Shown: positions 62,898-64,000 of the stretch, one piece after another
How positions within the stretch are numbered: the first letter of the stretch is position 1
Layout: each line of letters opens with the position of its first letter
Assembly: GCA_045226015.1 (NCBI GenBank)
Contig: JBGVBY010000021.1
Span: forward strand, 17,485-81,484
Source of the DNA: Bacilli bacterium
GTDB lineage: Bacteria; Bacillota_I; Bacilli_A; RFN20; CAG-826
Direction of reading: 5' to 3'
DNA length: 64,000 nucleotides
Notes under the pieces: generated by a model
Database searches by the model: none
What the model was told of the DNA's origin: nothing
Seen by the model: the letters and a program-made list of their open reading frames with translations, nothing else
Translations under genes and position numbers: made by a program

Positions 62898-62927
62898 AGC
62901 ACATCGAAAAATGTGCTTTTTCTTTTG
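62898..62927 (+). terminator. Rho-independent terminator after the LRR lipoprotein gene
   Basis: AGCACATcgaaaaATGTGCT stem followed by TTTTTCTTTT. Confidence 0.85.
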
Positions 62928-62968
62928 CCTATATACATATACCTACATATAATAGACGTACGGAAAGT

Positions 62969-64000
62969 ATGAGTAAATTAATCGAATTTTTAGAATCAAA
63001 AAATATCAATAACACGCAAGAAATCTACTATAATCCATCTTACGAGTTACTTTTTGAATTAGAAAAAGAAGCAATAGATGGATACGAAAAAGGACAATTA
63101 ACTAAGTTAGACGTTATTAATGTTTTAACTGGTAAATATACTGGCAGATCTCCTAAAGACAAATACATTGTCATGGATGATGTATCTAGAAACACCATCT
63201 GGTGGAATTCAAAAGAATACCCAAATGATAACCATACTGTTGATGAAGATGTTTGGAACGTTTGTAAAGACATTGCCACCAAAGAGTTAAGTAACAAAAA
63301 GTTATTTGTAGTGGACGCATATTGTGGTGCGAATAAATCCACCCGTATGGCGGTTCGTTTTGTTATGGAAGTTGCCTGGCAAGCTCACTTTGTGAGAAAT
63401 ATGTTTATTAAACCTAGCAAAGAACAACTTAAAACCTTTAAACCAGACTTTACAGTTTATTGTGCTTCTAAAGCTAAAGTTAATAATTATCAAGAACTTG
63501 GTTTAAATAGCGAGACCGTAATCATGTTTAATCTTACTAGCAGAGAACAAATCATCCTTAACACGTGGTATGGAGGAGAGATGAAAAAAGGAATGTTCTC
63601 GATGATGAACTATTTCTTACCATTAAAAGGTATTGCGAGTATGCACTGCTCTGCTAATACTGATTTAAATGGAGAAAATACCGCTATCTTCTTTGGCTTA
63701 TCAGGAACAGGGAAAACTACATTATCTACTGATCCAAAACGTCTTCTTATTGGAGATGATGAACATGGTTGGGATGATGAGGGAGTGTTCAACCTTGAAG
63801 GTGGTTGCTATGCAAAGGTTATTAATCTTGATAAAGATTCTGAACCAGATATCTATAACGCGATTAAAAGAAATGCCTTATTAGAAAATGTTATTGTGGA
63901 CTCTAATGGTGGCATAGATTTTAGTGATAAATCCATTACTGAAAACACTAGAGTTAGCTATCCTATTAATCACATAACAAATATTGTTAAACCTATATCT
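62969..64000 (+). CDS. pckA: Phosphoenolpyruvate carboxykinase (ATP), N-terminal 344 aa; continues beyond window end
   Basis: ATG at 62969. [13 protein letters not shown]..., kinase-1a [20 protein letters not shown], ...CYAKVINL. Absent from the ORF track because no stop occurs in the window. The track's antisense ORFs at 63040-63493 are spurious. Confidence 0.9.
   Translation, partial: MSKLIEFLESKNINNTQEIYYNPSYELLFELEKEAIDGYEKGQLTKLDVINVLTGKYTGRSPKDKYIVMDDVSRNTIWWNSKEYPNDNHTVDEDVWNVCKDIATKELSNKKLFVVDAYCGANKSTRMAVRFVMEVAWQAHFVRNMFIKPSKEQLKTFKPDFTVYCASKAKVNNYQELGLNSETVIMFNLTSREQIILNTWYGGEMKKGMFSMMNYFLPLKGIASMHCSANTDLNGENTAIFFGLSGTGKTTLSTDPKRLLIGDDEHGWDDEGVFNLEGGCYAKVINLDKDSEPDIYNAIKRNALLENVIVDSNGGIDFSDKSITENTRVSYPINHITNIVKPIS

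Noticed and set aside
63040-63493. Two minus-strand ORFs (100 and 63 aa)
   Set aside because: Antisense to pckA, whose N-terminal 344 aa ([20 protein letters not shown]) read through this region on the plus strand.

Overview
This 64 kb window is the chromosomal replication-origin region of a low-GC, Firmicutes-type genome, probably Erysipelotrichia-like. It uses the standard genetic code (TGA is a stop), because prfB (RF2) is present with its UGA-dependent +1 frameshift site and ORFs terminate at TGA. Two strongly conserved housekeeping blocks are recognisable by Bacillus-like synteny. Block 1 (10.9-18.7 kb, minus strand) is dnaX-ybaB-recR-tmk-holB-ricT-rsmI plus typA, followed on the plus strand by prfA-prmC-tsaC-rpiB, comFA-comFC, secA-prfB, yitT, uvrB and secG. 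Block 2 (42-58 kb) runs rnmV-rsmA-ispE-glmU-like, tatD, mnmE, jag, yidC, rnpA, rpmH (minus) | oriC DnaA-box cluster | dnaA, a second DnaA-box/AT-rich unwinding element, dnaN, yaaA, recF, gyrB, gyrA, serS (plus). Accessory content includes a TetR-ABC exporter pair, three large surface lipoproteins, a putative UDP-L-FucNAc sugar cluster whose dehydratase carries an N-terminal HTH extension, and an ATP-grasp / GrpB / RimK-like ATP-grasp trio. There is also a DUF1538 membrane protein with two PII-like signalling proteins, a Lys/Ala-repeat DUF2188 protein, and a zinc-metalloprotease lipoprotein next to a fused membrane/spermidine-synthase-like protein. The most unusual structure is at 21.9-23.8 kb. 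Two degenerate orphan copies of the first ~300 bp of comFA (RBS, zinc-finger and Walker-A region) sit immediately upstream of the intact comFA. Each orphan copy is followed by a paralogous small basic ORF. This is the signature of successive site-specific insertions into the 5' end of comFA by small elements that carry a replacement 5' end. The intact comFA lacks an in-frame canonical start codon. No rRNA, tRNA or CRISPR arrays were seen. Antisense ORFs inside genes were judged spurious.
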